25,040 nt of DNA, from contig JAUQYZ020000091.1 of NCBI GenBank assembly GCA_030587475.2, positions 1-25,040 of the forward strand, written 5' to 3'. Positions 1 through 8,925 of the stretch are shown here, piece after piece (the stretch's first letter is position 1; every line of letters begins with the position of its first letter). This stretch comes from Candidatus Sigynarchaeum calidifontis. GTDB lineage: Archaea > Asgardarchaeota > Lokiarchaeia > Sigyniarchaeales > Sigyniarchaeaceae. The notes under the pieces were generated by a model. That model did no database searches and was not told the DNA's origin. It was given only the letters and a program-made list of their open reading frames with translations. The position numbers were made by a program, and so were the translations under genes.

Positions 1-240
1 GATGACCTGACCAAAAAAATACCGGGGTACATCAAATTGGGCGTGAAGGAGGTTTGGATCATCGATGCCGTCGAGAAACACGTGATAGTCCATTCCGGAA
101 ACAAGAAAATGGTAATGGGTGGCGATGATTGGGCGATCTCTTCCGAAATAAAAGGTTTCAAGGTTCGCGCTAGCTGGTTGTGGAACGTTGAAAAAATCTC
201 TGTCCTTGAAAAACTTGGAGAGATCTCGAAGCCGTTATAG
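1..240 (+). CDS. Uma2/DUF820-family (PD-(D/E)XK) endonuclease, 3' part (runs off window start)
   Basis: The frame is open from base 1: DDLTKKIPGYIKLGVKEVWIIDAVEKHVIVH...SSEIKGFKVRASWLW. This matches the Uma2 C-terminal pattern D-x-x-x-K-x-x-x-Y-x-x-x-GV-x-E-x-W-I-I-D...S-x-x-[LI]-x-GF. Visibly more AT-rich than the downstream DNA. Confidence 0.8.
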   Translation, partial: DDLTKKIPGYIKLGVKEVWIIDAVEKHVIVHSGNKKMVMGGDDWAISSEIKGFKVRASWLWNVEKISVLEKLGEISKPL

Positions 241-283
241 ATGCTCCACACGTGGAGGCGCGGAGGCCGAGGGGAAAGAGGCG

Positions 284-601
284 ATGGAGGAGGCCGCCGC
301 AACGGTCGACATGCTCGTCGGGCCTAATTGGGAGGCGCACGCCATGCGGAACATCATCGCGAGCCGCGCCGAAGCATTGAAGCGGACGTCGCTGTACTTG
401 TTCTGCGAGGCTCAAGACGAGCTCGGCCTGGCGGTCACGACACGGGCCATGCACGATGCGATGGTGGCCCACGGGATCCCCCACGAGTTCGTCGTGGGAT
501 CCGATATGAAGAACGCGCTCTCTCCGCACGTGCTGGCGAGATTGTCGCAGATCGAGCCCGTGTTCCGCACTTGCGCCGAGTATTTTAGGGGAACGAAGTG
601 A
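284..601 (+). pseudogene. C-terminal fragment of a putative alpha/beta-hydrolase (esterase)
   Basis: LYLFCEAQDELGL...MHDAMVAHGIPHEF...SPH resembles the catalytic Asp and His segments of putative esterases. There is no GxSxG nucleophile elbow, and the in-frame upstream sequence runs into the Uma2 gene. Confidence 0.5.
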
Positions 602-638
602 CAAATTTCCTTTTACACTTCCAGAGCGAAATCATCTC

Positions 639-2255
639 ATGGCTACTCGACGGCCGAATATTCTCTTCATCATGTCCGACGACCACGCGTCGCACGCTAT
701 CTCGTGCTACACGGGCGCCGACGCCAGCCCGCCACGGCCGGCCATCAACAAGACCCCCAACATCGACCGCATCGCCAACGAGGGAATGCGATTCGACAAT
801 TGCTTCTGCACGAACTCGATCTGCACGCCGAGCCGCGCCGTCATCCTCACGGGCAAGCATTCGCACAACCCGCTGAACGGGGTGAAGACCTTCTTGCCGA
901 TGGACAACGAGCTGCCCAACGTCGCCAAGGACTTGCAAGCGGCGGGTTACCAGACCGCGATTTTCGGCAAGTGGCATCTCGGGCTCGGGCCGCGGCACTG
1001 CCCCAAGGGATTCGACGAGTGGAAGGTCCTTCCCGGGCAAGGCGAGTATTTCGATCCCGAAATGCACGTGAACGATCCCGCGGTGCCTGGCGGCCGCGTC
1101 GTCAAGGCAAAGGGGTACACGACCGACATCATCACGCGTGACACGCTCGATTTCCTGGCCCGCCGTGACAAGGCCCGGCCATTCTTCGTGATGTGCCACC
1201 ACAAGGCACCACACCGCCCGTGGCTCGCCGACGAGGCACATTGGAACGCCTTCAAGGACGCCGTGGTTCCGCTGCCCGCGTCGTTCACGGACGATTACTC
1301 GTCATCAAAAGCCAGGGCGAATGCTTGCATGCGCATCGAGAAGGATTTCGATTGCGAGGATGTCGACGTGCTCCCGCCGGCCGGCACCGGGTGGAAAGTG
1401 CGCTTGGCACCGCCCCCTCGCATCGAGGACTACATGCTCGAGCCGTTCGACCGGTTCGACGAGGACGCCGAGACGGAAGGGGTGCGATTTTCATCGCTCG
1501 AGGCGCGCAAGCAATGGCTCTACCAGCGGTACATGCGCAAGTACCTCGCGGTGGTCGCGTCGGTCGACGACAGCGTCGGCCAGCTGCTCGCCTATCTTGA
1601 CAAGGAGGGACTTGCCGAGGATACCATCGTCATGTACACGAGCGATCAAGGGTTCTTTCTCGGCGACCACGGGTGGTACGACAAGCGGTTCATGTACGAG
1701 GAAAGTCTCCGCATGCCGTTCTTGTTAAGGTACCCCCGGGCGGTCCGCCCAGGGACAACGAGCAAGGCCTTGGTGCTCAACCTGGACTTTGCCCCGACGT
1801 GGCTGGACTATGCCGGCGTCCCGATTCCCAAGGAAATGCAAGGCACGACCTTCCGGGAGATACTCGAGTCCGGCGGCCAGGCACCACCTGGCTGGCGAAC
1901 GTCGATGTACTACCGGTACTGGATGGAGGCGGACGGCGCCCACAACACGACCGCCCACTACGGCATCCGCACGGTCGGCCCCGGGCGCCCTGCCATGAAA
2001 TTGATCTACTACTATGCCGATGGCATGGGCATTCCCGACACGAACCAGTTTGGCAAGATGGTCGATGTTGCGGAACGGGACAAGTACAAGCACGTGCGCG
2101 AGTGGGAATGCTTCGATCTTGACAAGGATCCCTACGAAATGCGAAACATCTACAAGGATCCCGCCCGCGCGGCCGAGATAAAGGCCTTGAAAGGCGAGCT
2201 GCACCGGCTCCAGGCCGAGTGCGGCGACGTGCCTTACCCGGAGGAGGAACCATGA
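639..2255 (+). CDS. Formylglycine-dependent (Cys-type) sulfatase, N-acetylglucosamine-6-sulfatase/mucin-desulfating-like
   Basis: PNILFIMSDDH, signature CTPSRAVILTG, GKWHLG, HKAPHRPW, SDQGFFLGDHGWYDKRFMYEES, and a C-terminal ECFDLDKDPYEMRN. No obvious signal peptide. Confidence 0.93.
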   Translation: MATRRPNILFIMSDDHASHAISCYTGADASPPRPAINKTPNIDRIANEGMRFDNCFCTNSICTPSRAVILTGKHSHNPLNGVKTFLPMDNELPNVAKDLQAAGYQTAIFGKWHLGLGPRHCPKGFDEWKVLPGQGEYFDPEMHVNDPAVPGGRVVKAKGYTTDIITRDTLDFLARRDKARPFFVMCHHKAPHRPWLADEAHWNAFKDAVVPLPASFTDDYSSSKARANACMRIEKDFDCEDVDVLPPAGTGWKVRLAPPPRIEDYMLEPFDRFDEDAETEGVRFSSLEARKQWLYQRYMRKYLAVVASVDDSVGQLLAYLDKEGLAEDTIVMYTSDQGFFLGDHGWYDKRFMYEESLRMPFLLRYPRAVRPGTTSKALVLNLDFAPTWLDYAGVPIPKEMQGTTFREILESGGQAPPGWRTSMYYRYWMEADGAHNTTAHYGIRTVGPGRPAMKLIYYYADGMGIPDTNQFGKMVDVAERDKYKHVREWECFDLDKDPYEMRNIYKDPARAAEIKALKGELHRLQAECGDVPYPEEEP

Positions 2256-3022
2256 CGATGCCCCGTGCTACATCGCTCGACGTGAAGGCATGGCTAAAGA
2301 TATTTTTCACGGGCACGTTCTCGCGCCAATTTTTCATCAAGCGCCTCGTCCCGTTTATATATTGCTTCCTGTTTGGCTGCATGTTTTTATCCGACTTGTT
2401 GTTTCCCCCCAAGCCCGATGGCACGCCTGGTTACATCCCGTTCACCCGTACGATCAGCGGGCAAGGGAACCACGGGGACAATCCCGTGGGTGCATGGTTC
2501 TTCGCGGCGGGGCTCGTCGGTACGGCGGTGTGCCTCGTGCCCTTCGCGATCTACGCGTGGCGGCGGATCTCGGTGGCTTGCAACGTCGCGGCGGCGCTGG
2601 CCCTGGTGTTCGCCATTGCCGGGGCAGTGGGATTTGCCATGGTCGGTATCTGGGACGAGCAAGGTACTTGCTTGCTGCTCGATGGGACCGGCACGTGTAC
2701 ATTGAGAGCGAGCGAAGTGCACGGCGTTGGCTCCGCGATCGCCTTCGGGGGCAATCTGCTTGCGGTTTTATTCAACTTGTTCCCCATGATCTCGCGCCGC
2801 GTCAAGGCGGGGAAGGACGAGTTCGGCGCGTGGTGGCAGCTCGCCCACGTCATGTCGTTCATCTTGCTCATGCTGACGGCACTGGTCGTCACGAACAGCG
2901 ATGGCGTCCCGGAGTTTTTCACGAGGTGGGCGTTCTGGCAATGGTCACTGTTCTCGGCCCTGGCCATCTACATGCTCTCTCTCGCGCTTCGATTACCTGC
3001 TGTCGTTCCGTCGTCTCGATAA
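2252..3022 (+). CDS. Polytopic membrane protein (DUF998/Frag1-like, about 6 TM)
   Basis: ATGA overlap with the sulfatase stop, preceded by a GGAGGAGG SD. About six hydrophobic segments, a TISGQG motif after TM1, a His in SEVHGVGS and a WAFWQW motif before the last TM. Confidence 0.7.
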   Translation: MTMPRATSLDVKAWLKIFFTGTFSRQFFIKRLVPFIYCFLFGCMFLSDLLFPPKPDGTPGYIPFTRTISGQGNHGDNPVGAWFFAAGLVGTAVCLVPFAIYAWRRISVACNVAAALALVFAIAGAVGFAMVGIWDEQGTCLLLDGTGTCTLRASEVHGVGSAIAFGGNLLAVLFNLFPMISRRVKAGKDEFGAWWQLAHVMSFILLMLTALVVTNSDGVPEFFTRWAFWQWSLFSALAIYMLSLALRLPAVVPSSR

Positions 3023-3040
3023 CAGCATGTTAATACCAAG

Positions 3041-3056
3041 ATAATGAAAAAAAAAA
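3041..3056 (-). terminator. Oligo-T terminator-like tract downstream of hdrA
   Basis: The minus strand reads T10-CATTAT about 50 nt after the hdrA stop, in a convergent intergenic gap. Confidence 0.55.
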
Positions 3057-3104
3057 GCGTTTCAGGTTGTTATCAAAGTAGAACGAAATTTTACGCAGAA
3101 AAAC

Positions 3105-5120
3105 CTATTTGCCGTTCGCTGGAATGGCCGTGTCGAGCATCGCGAAGAGCTGGCGCTCGCGGAAGTGATTTTGGGAGATCGCGCCGCACGGGCAAGCCGC
3201 CGCGCACGTGCCGCAACCCTTGCATTGTGCCTCGTTGATGCTCACCTGGTTGCCCAGCTTGTCGAAGCTGATGGCGCCGTAGGGACAGAGATCGATGCAG
3301 CTCAAGCACCTGGAACACCTCGCCGAGTCGATTACACTGAAGTAGGGTTCTATCTCCACCTCGCCACGCGCCATCAAGGATGCCGCCGCGCTGGCAGCAC
3401 CCTTGGCCTGGGCGACCGCATCCGGGATGTCCTTGGGACCTTGCACGGCGCCGGCAACGAACACGCCGTCGGAAAGCGTGTCGACAGGCCGTAGTTTCGG
3501 GTGTGCTTCCATGAGGAAGCCATCGGCGGTCTGCGCGACGCCGATCATGCGGCTCAAGTCCTGGATGTCGGGGCGCGGCTCGAGGCCCACGGAAAGGACG
3601 ACCATCTCGACTTCGAGTTCGACCGGGCGCTTGAGCAGCGTGTCCTCGGCCCTGATGATGACGTTCTTGTTCGCCGGATTCTCGTAAATCTCCGATGCTC
3701 GCCCCCGGATGAACATGATCCCGTACTCGCGGGCCGCGATCTCGTAGAATTCCTCGTATCCCTTCCCGAACGCCCGGATGTCCATGTACAGGATGTATAT
3801 TTCTGCCTCGGGATGTTTCTCCTTGTACTGGCGGGCTTGTTTCATCGCGTACATGCAGCAAACCCTGCTGCAGTACGCGTGCATGCCGGCCTGGCAGTTC
3901 CGGCTGCCCACGCACTGGAGGAACGCTATCGAGTGCGGTGCCTTGCCATCGGAAGGCCGCACCGGCTTGCCCATGGTCGGCCCGAAGCTCGACAGCTCCC
4001 GTTCCATCTGGAGCCCCGTGATCACGTTCTCGAACCGGCCGAAGCCATAGGGCGCGTACTGGGTCGGATCGTAGGCGTCGTAGCCCGTTGCCGCGATGAT
4101 CGTCCCGACGTCGAGCTCGATTTTCTTGGGCTTGTCGTCGAAATTGATCGCGTGGGGCTCGCAAACGCTCTTGCAGAGGCCGCACTGGATGCAATGCTCG
4201 ATGTCGATCGTGTACTTGTTCGGGATGGCTTGCGGGAACGGGATGTAGATGGCCTTCCGGTCCTTCATGCCCTCGTCGAACTCGTTCTCCGTGATGACGG
4301 GACAGATATCGACACATCCACCGCAGCTATTGCATTTATCTTGATCCACGTAGTGTGGTTTCTTGTTGATGGTCACGTGGAAATTTCCCACGTAGCCGGA
4401 GATGTCCGTGACCTCGGCGTTGTTGATGATCTGGATGTTGGGGTGCTGGCCAACGGCACTCATCTCGGGGGTGATGATGCACGCGGAGCAGTCCATCGTC
4501 GGGAAGGTCTTGTCGAGCTGTGCCATGTGGCCGCCTATCGTGAGCGATTTCTCGACCAAGTAGGTCTTGAAATTTTGATTGGCGAGATCCTTGGCGACGT
4601 TGATGCCGGCAACTCCTCCACCGATCACGAGGGCTTCCGGCTTGACCTTGACCTTCATGACCTCGAGCGGTTCGAGGTTGCTCGCCTTGGCCACGGCGAT
4701 GCGCACGTGATCCATGGCTATCTCGAGCGCTTTCTCTTGCTGGCGCATGTGCACCCACGTGTTGTGCTCGCGGATGTTAGCTTGCTCGAAGAGGAACTGG
4801 TTCATGCCCGCTGATTTCAGCGTCTTGCGGAAGGTTGGCTCGTGCATGCGCGGGGAACACGCGGCGACGACGACGCGGTTTACCACGGCGTTCTTGATGT
4901 CATCCTTGATCATGTTTTGCCCCAGGTCCGAGCACATGAACTTGTATTGCACGACCTTGACCACGTTGGGAAGTGTTTTCGCGTAGGCTTCCAGCTTGTC
5001 CATGTTAATAACGCCGGCGATGTTGATGCCGCAATGGCACAAGTACACGCCCACCTTCGGTTCGGGACCAGGCGCACCCGCGCCTTGCGATGGGCCCGTT
5101 GAAGCGGTTTCGCTTGTCAT
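3105..5120 (-). CDS. hdrA: Heterodisulfide reductase subunit A (FAD, electron-bifurcating)
   Basis: GVYLCHCGINI, VVAACSPRMHE, ANIREH, FAD motif VIGGGVAG, GGHMAQLDKTFPTMDCSACI, QCVGSR...YCSRVCCMY, EAHPKLRPV, GPKDIPD and four CxxCxxCxxxC ferredoxin motifs. Confidence 0.97.
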   Translation of the reverse strand: MTSETASTGPSQGAGAPGPEPKVGVYLCHCGINIAGVINMDKLEAYAKTLPNVVKVVQYKFMCSDLGQNMIKDDIKNAVVNRVVVAACSPRMHEPTFRKTLKSAGMNQFLFEQANIREHNTWVHMRQQEKALEIAMDHVRIAVAKASNLEPLEVMKVKVKPEALVIGGGVAGINVAKDLANQNFKTYLVEKSLTIGGHMAQLDKTFPTMDCSACIITPEMSAVGQHPNIQIINNAEVTDISGYVGNFHVTINKKPHYVDQDKCNSCGGCVDICPVITENEFDEGMKDRKAIYIPFPQAIPNKYTIDIEHCIQCGLCKSVCEPHAINFDDKPKKIELDVGTIIAATGYDAYDPTQYAPYGFGRFENVITGLQMERELSSFGPTMGKPVRPSDGKAPHSIAFLQCVGSRNCQAGMHAYCSRVCCMYAMKQARQYKEKHPEAEIYILYMDIRAFGKGYEEFYEIAAREYGIMFIRGRASEIYENPANKNVIIRAEDTLLKRPVELEVEMVVLSVGLEPRPDIQDLSRMIGVAQTADGFLMEAHPKLRPVDTLSDGVFVAGAVQGPKDIPDAVAQAKGAASAAASLMARGEVEIEPYFSVIDSARCSRCLSCIDLCPYGAISFDKLGNQVSINEAQCKGCGTCAAACPCGAISQNHFRERQLFAMLDTAIPANGK

Positions 5121-5142
5121 GTCTTTTCTCCTCGCATGTTGC

Positions 5143-6096
5143 TCATTTCATGTTGGCAAGGATCTTGTCCATCAAGGGCTTCGTCGAAATGAACGGCGAC
5201 GTGCCCGCGGGCTTGTCTGCCGTCGGGAGCAGGCCCAGGTCGTACGGGCTCAAGCCCATGGCGAGCCCGAGCAGTTGCGTGTAGTATACGACGGGAATGT
5301 TGAATTCTTGCTGGAAGATCTGCTTGATCTCGACTTGCCCGAGATCGAACTGCAAGTGGCAGAACGGGCAAGCATCGACGACACAATCCACGCCTGCTTC
5401 CTTCATGTTCACCAGCTTTTCGCGCGTGAAATCGAGCGAGATATCCTTCACCGCCGTGCGAACACCGCCGCCCGCACCGCAGCACATGTACTTGTCCTTG
5501 TAGTCGATGCTATCTGCACCGGTTGCCTCGACGAGCTCGTCGAAGAATCTCGGGCGCTCGTTCTTTCCCCACGGGCGAATCTCCGTGGGCTTGAGCAAGT
5601 GGCAGCCATAATGCACGGCAACCTTGATGCCTCGCAAGGGATTGACCGCGAGATCCGCGACCGCGGGGACGCCGATGTCGTGGTAGATGATATCAAGGAT
5701 ATGGCGGACCTTCACGGTACCCTTGAACTCTCTCTTGATCTTGGCGAGAACGGCATTCGTGGCATTCCTTTTCTCGGGTTCCGATTGCATGATGTGGTTG
5801 GCCTCGAGCAGCGTGCCGAAGCAACCGTTGCAGATGACGGCAACGTCGCGCTTGTCTTCCTCGGCGATCGTGATGTTCCTGGCCGCGATGGCGAGCCAGG
5901 TAGGGATGTCGAATGACCGGAACACGCCTGGTGCGGGACAGCAGCTCGCGCCCTTCATGTCGTGGAGCGTGATGCCCAGCTTTTGGAACACGAGTTGCGT
6001 GGCGGCCTCGATTTGCGGGTATCGGTTCGGGCCGACGCAGCCGAGGTAGAAGTCGTAATCACGCACGATGTCCTTGGACGTGGCAGCTTCGGTCAT
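5143..6096 (-). CDS. hdrB: Heterodisulfide reductase subunit B (two CCG domains)
   Basis: YLGC...SCCPAPG...CNGC and HYGCH...CCGAGGG...CPFCHLQFD are the two non-cubane cluster motifs. The start overlaps the hdrC stop (ATGA). Confidence 0.96.
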   Translation of the reverse strand: MTEAATSKDIVRDYDFYLGCVGPNRYPQIEAATQLVFQKLGITLHDMKGASCCPAPGVFRSFDIPTWLAIAARNITIAEEDKRDVAVICNGCFGTLLEANHIMQSEPEKRNATNAVLAKIKREFKGTVKVRHILDIIYHDIGVPAVADLAVNPLRGIKVAVHYGCHLLKPTEIRPWGKNERPRFFDELVEATGADSIDYKDKYMCCGAGGGVRTAVKDISLDFTREKLVNMKEAGVDCVVDACPFCHLQFDLGQVEIKQIFQQEFNIPVVYYTQLLGLAMGLSPYDLGLLPTADKPAGTSPFISTKPLMDKILANMK

Positions 6097-6737
6097 TTCT
6101 TCTCCGCCTCCGCCTTGAGCTTCTTGAGCTGTTCCTCCAATGCCTGGATCTTTTTCGGCGCCATTTCCTTGTCTTTCTTGATCATCTCCTTTTGCATCTC
6201 CTCGCCATACGTTATCAACTCGTCAAACTTCATTTCCTTGACGATGGTCTGCACTTCCTTGAGGGCATCGGGATACGAATGCACGGTAGGTGGGATCGGC
6301 TGGAGCTTGAGCGATTTCCGGAGGTTCATCCAGTTCGGGCTCTTTTCATGGTCGAGTGGCACGCCATGCCCCGTGGCGATGAGGTTCTTCGAGACAGCGA
6401 TGTGCGGGCCGCGCATGAATCCCTTGTGGGCGGCGATGTTTCGCATCTTGAGAATGATGTCCGTGCTCGGCACGTCGCGTGGGCACCGCTCGTAGCACGT
6501 GTAGCACGTAGAACAAAGCCAGAGCAGATCTGACGTGAGAAGCTCGTCCGTGAGACCGACCAAGCCTTGTCGAATCAACTCTCTCGTGCGCATCGCCGTT
6601 CGGCGACCGGAGGGACATCCCCCCGAACATGTGCCACACTGGTAACAAGATTTGAATCGTTCGAGAAGCTCGTCCTCGACCACTTGTTCGACGATGGAAT
6701 GGTCGATCTTCTTGATAGTTTCTCGTTTTATTGACAT
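6093..6737 (-). CDS. hdrC: Heterodisulfide reductase subunit C (2x[4Fe-4S])
   Basis: CYQCGTCSGGCPSG and LWLCSTCYTCYERCPR motifs, plus TGHGVP and PPTVH. Start taken at the ATG of MSIKRE (6737); the ORF track extends to 6761. Confidence 0.94.
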   Translation of the reverse strand: MSIKRETIKKIDHSIVEQVVEDELLERFKSCYQCGTCSGGCPSGRRTAMRTRELIRQGLVGLTDELLTSDLLWLCSTCYTCYERCPRDVPSTDIILKMRNIAAHKGFMRGPHIAVSKNLIATGHGVPLDHEKSPNWMNLRKSLKLQPIPPTVHSYPDALKEVQTIVKEMKFDELITYGEEMQKEMIKKDKEMAPKKIQALEEQLKKLKAEAEKK

Positions 6738-7070
6738 GTGATATAAAACCTCGTCGTGCACCGAGATCGTGCTTGTATTCTATTCGCGCAACGAGTTATG
6801 TAGCTTATATTGATCAATTGGCTCCGAGACTTTTAATACGCTTTCATTACAAATCAAATCCCCGTGAACGCAGCGAAACACGGGATCGACCGCAAGATAG
6901 GATGCGACAGCAATCCTGTTTTTTCCTTTCGCATTCCGACATGCATACGATTGAAATGTGGAAAAAGCAACCATTTTTCGCTGATCGATCTTCGATCACA
7001 AACACGACCTCGGTTGAAACAAGGGATGGACCTTGCTCGGAATCAAGAAAAAAGCAGCACGTAATAAAGA

Positions 7071-7105
7071 AATACGAAAAAGATCGCGCATGCTTACGCG
7101 ATCTT
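7071..7105 (-). terminator. Hairpin plus T-tract terminator at the end of fwdA
   Basis: A perfect 9-bp inverted repeat, AAGATCGCG (7080-7088) / CGCGATCTT (7097-7105), spans the fwdA stop. It is followed on the minus strand by TTTCGTATTTCTTTATT. Confidence 0.55.
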
Positions 7106-8827
7106 GAGGATTTTTTGCTTTGGCACGTAGGAATCGAACACGGGATAGTTGTTATAACTGACCGTGTATCGCTGTATCCAGTCCTTCTTGACTTGCTCGA
7201 CCAGCTCGTTGTACTTGTCGACGGGCTGCGTGATGTCTGTCCAGATGGTCGCGCCTTGCACAGACGTCACGACCTGGCCTCCCTTGGACACGACTTGTCC
7301 CTCCTTGACCGTGCACCACGCGCTGCGGAAAGCCTTGATGATGTCTGTTGCCACGTTGCCCTCCTTCTTGAGGTCATAGATCGCCACGGACCCTTCGGCG
7401 CCGATGCCCAAGTGCCCCTTGTCCGACATCCCGAGGCTTTTCGCCGTGCCGGCACGGGTGATCGTCGCTATCTCCTGGATCGTGTATTCCCGCGTTAAAT
7501 CCTTGAGCTTGGTCTTCTCGGTTGCACCTTTTGCGACGTTCGCGAGTGCCGCGTCGCGGTGTTTCTTGTCCATGAGGAGCGCGATGATCTCCGGGTAGCG
7601 CGTGAACGGCCCGCCGTTGGGGTGATCCGTGGTGAGGAACACCTTGAACGGGTCCTTGATCATGAGGAACAATTCGAGGCCGATCGCCCATTGGATAGCA
7701 TTCACGTTGACCTTCGGGTCGAAGATGTACGGAACGATGCCCGTGCCTGCTTCTGTTTCCGCGTGGCCGTTCACCCATTTCACGCCTGGTTTCACGCCCC
7801 ACGCGGACTGGCCACCGAGCATGTAAAGCGCGTGCTCCCACGGGCTATCTGCCGTCATGGTCGTCGTGTTCTCGCCGAGCACGACCTGCCCGACATCGAT
7901 GGTCACGTGGTCGTGGCTGTTCAAATACTCGGCGATCGGTTCCGCGGCCGAGGCGAAATCTTTCCACGTCACCAAATCCTTTCCCGCATACGAGTTGAAC
8001 TGGCAGTGCGTGACGTGCATGACCGGCTTCCGCCCGTCCTTTGGCTCGATCCCCCTCACGCACTCGAAGGTTTCCTTCATGATCTCGTAGTTCCCGGGGT
8101 GGCCGAGATTGTTGCCGTGCACGTGGATGGTGTGGGGCAGCTTGAGCTTCTCGTTGACCTTGCAGAGACTCGTGATGATGTCACGCGGGGTCACGTCGAA
8201 GTGGAGCACCTTGTCGTCGAGATGGCCAAACTCTGCCTTCCCCCAGGCCCACATCTCTGCACCGCCGGGGTTCACGATCTTCACGGCATATCCCTTGGTC
8301 GTCTTGAGGAGCCACTTGACATAAGCAGTGAGGCTATCCAAGTCGCCATTCTTGATGAATTCCATGACGAACCAGTTGTTGTCGAATAGCGGGAAGCAAG
8401 CCTTGTCGATGATCGGGATGTCGTGAAACTCCTCGTGCGTGTGGCGGGCCATGATGGGTGGCATGGCCGGCTCGACGACGGTCGTGTAACCCATCTGGGC
8501 GTAGCGGTAACCTGTCACGAAGGTGGACGGCACCGAGTAACCGACGCCGGATCTCGTCACAGCGGTCTTGGCAACGGCGTCCTTCACGTGATCCTCTGGA
8601 CGGAACAGCCTGCCTACATTGACTTTTGGGCCAGCGATGTGGCTGTGGATATCGACCCCACCAGGCATCACGACCTTGCCGCTCGCGTCGATCACGTCCG
8701 CATCCTTCGGGACATCCTTCGGGTCGACGATCTTCCCGTCCTTGATGCCGATGTCCATCTTTTCGCCGGCAATCTTGTTTATGGGGTCATAAACGAACCC
8801 GTTGCGAATTAGGAGGTTGGAGCCCAT
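7094..8827 (-). CDS. fwdA: Formylmethanofuran dehydrogenase subunit A (amidohydrolase fold)
   Basis: IRNGFVYDPINKIAGEKMDIGIKDGKIV, PGGVDIHSHIAGPKVNVGR, ARHTHEE, KIVNPGG, IHVHGNNLGHPGN, THCQF, TTDHPNGGPF and ITRAGTAK are all FwdA/FmdA hallmarks. Start taken at the ATG at 8827. Confidence 0.96.
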   Translation of the reverse strand: MGSNLLIRNGFVYDPINKIAGEKMDIGIKDGKIVDPKDVPKDADVIDASGKVVMPGGVDIHSHIAGPKVNVGRLFRPEDHVKDAVAKTAVTRSGVGYSVPSTFVTGYRYAQMGYTTVVEPAMPPIMARHTHEEFHDIPIIDKACFPLFDNNWFVMEFIKNGDLDSLTAYVKWLLKTTKGYAVKIVNPGGAEMWAWGKAEFGHLDDKVLHFDVTPRDIITSLCKVNEKLKLPHTIHVHGNNLGHPGNYEIMKETFECVRGIEPKDGRKPVMHVTHCQFNSYAGKDLVTWKDFASAAEPIAEYLNSHDHVTIDVGQVVLGENTTTMTADSPWEHALYMLGGQSAWGVKPGVKWVNGHAETEAGTGIVPYIFDPKVNVNAIQWAIGLELFLMIKDPFKVFLTTDHPNGGPFTRYPEIIALLMDKKHRDAALANVAKGATEKTKLKDLTREYTIQEIATITRAGTAKSLGMSDKGHLGIGAEGSVAIYDLKKEGNVATDIIKAFRSAWCTVKEGQVVSKGGQVVTSVQGATIWTDITQPVDKYNELVEQVKKDWIQRYTVSYNNYPVFDSYVPKQKILKIA

Positions 8828-8925
8828 GTTGATCACTTGATTTATGATCTTAGATTGGTCACGAGAATATTTAATTGTCCCATTTGGAATGTAATGATAG
8901 AATTGAACAAGAAAAGGAATCCTAG
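8828..8925. promoter_or_regulatory. AT-rich divergent promoter region (fwdA / aminotransferase)
   Basis: A 98-bp AT-rich gap between divergent genes, with TATA-like elements such as TATTTAAT near 8868-8875 and TTTATGAT near 8841. Confidence 0.45.

Noticed and set aside
4488-4490. Selenocysteine in HdrA (a known Sec position in some methanogens and Lokiarchaeia)
   Set aside because: The codon in TMD-C-SACI is TGC (Cys). No in-frame TGA occurs in hdrABC/fwdA, and no SECIS-like element is evident after hdrA.
3091-5916. Long alternative or antisense ORFs over hdrA/hdrB (3091-4317, 3501-4814, 4996-5916) and similar ones over other genes
   Set aside because: They are shadow ORFs expected from high GC3 bias, with no recognisable motifs, and they overlap well-supported genes.
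6731-7498. 255-aa plus-strand ORF across the hdrC-fwdA gap
   Set aside because: Half is antisense to fwdA and half is AT-rich, promoter-like DNA. It has no coding bias or motifs.
3105-8827. Calling the organism a methanogen from hdrABC/fwdA
   Set aside because: No mcr/mtr genes are in the window. These genes also occur in non-methanogenic archaea, and other genes here point to Asgard archaea.
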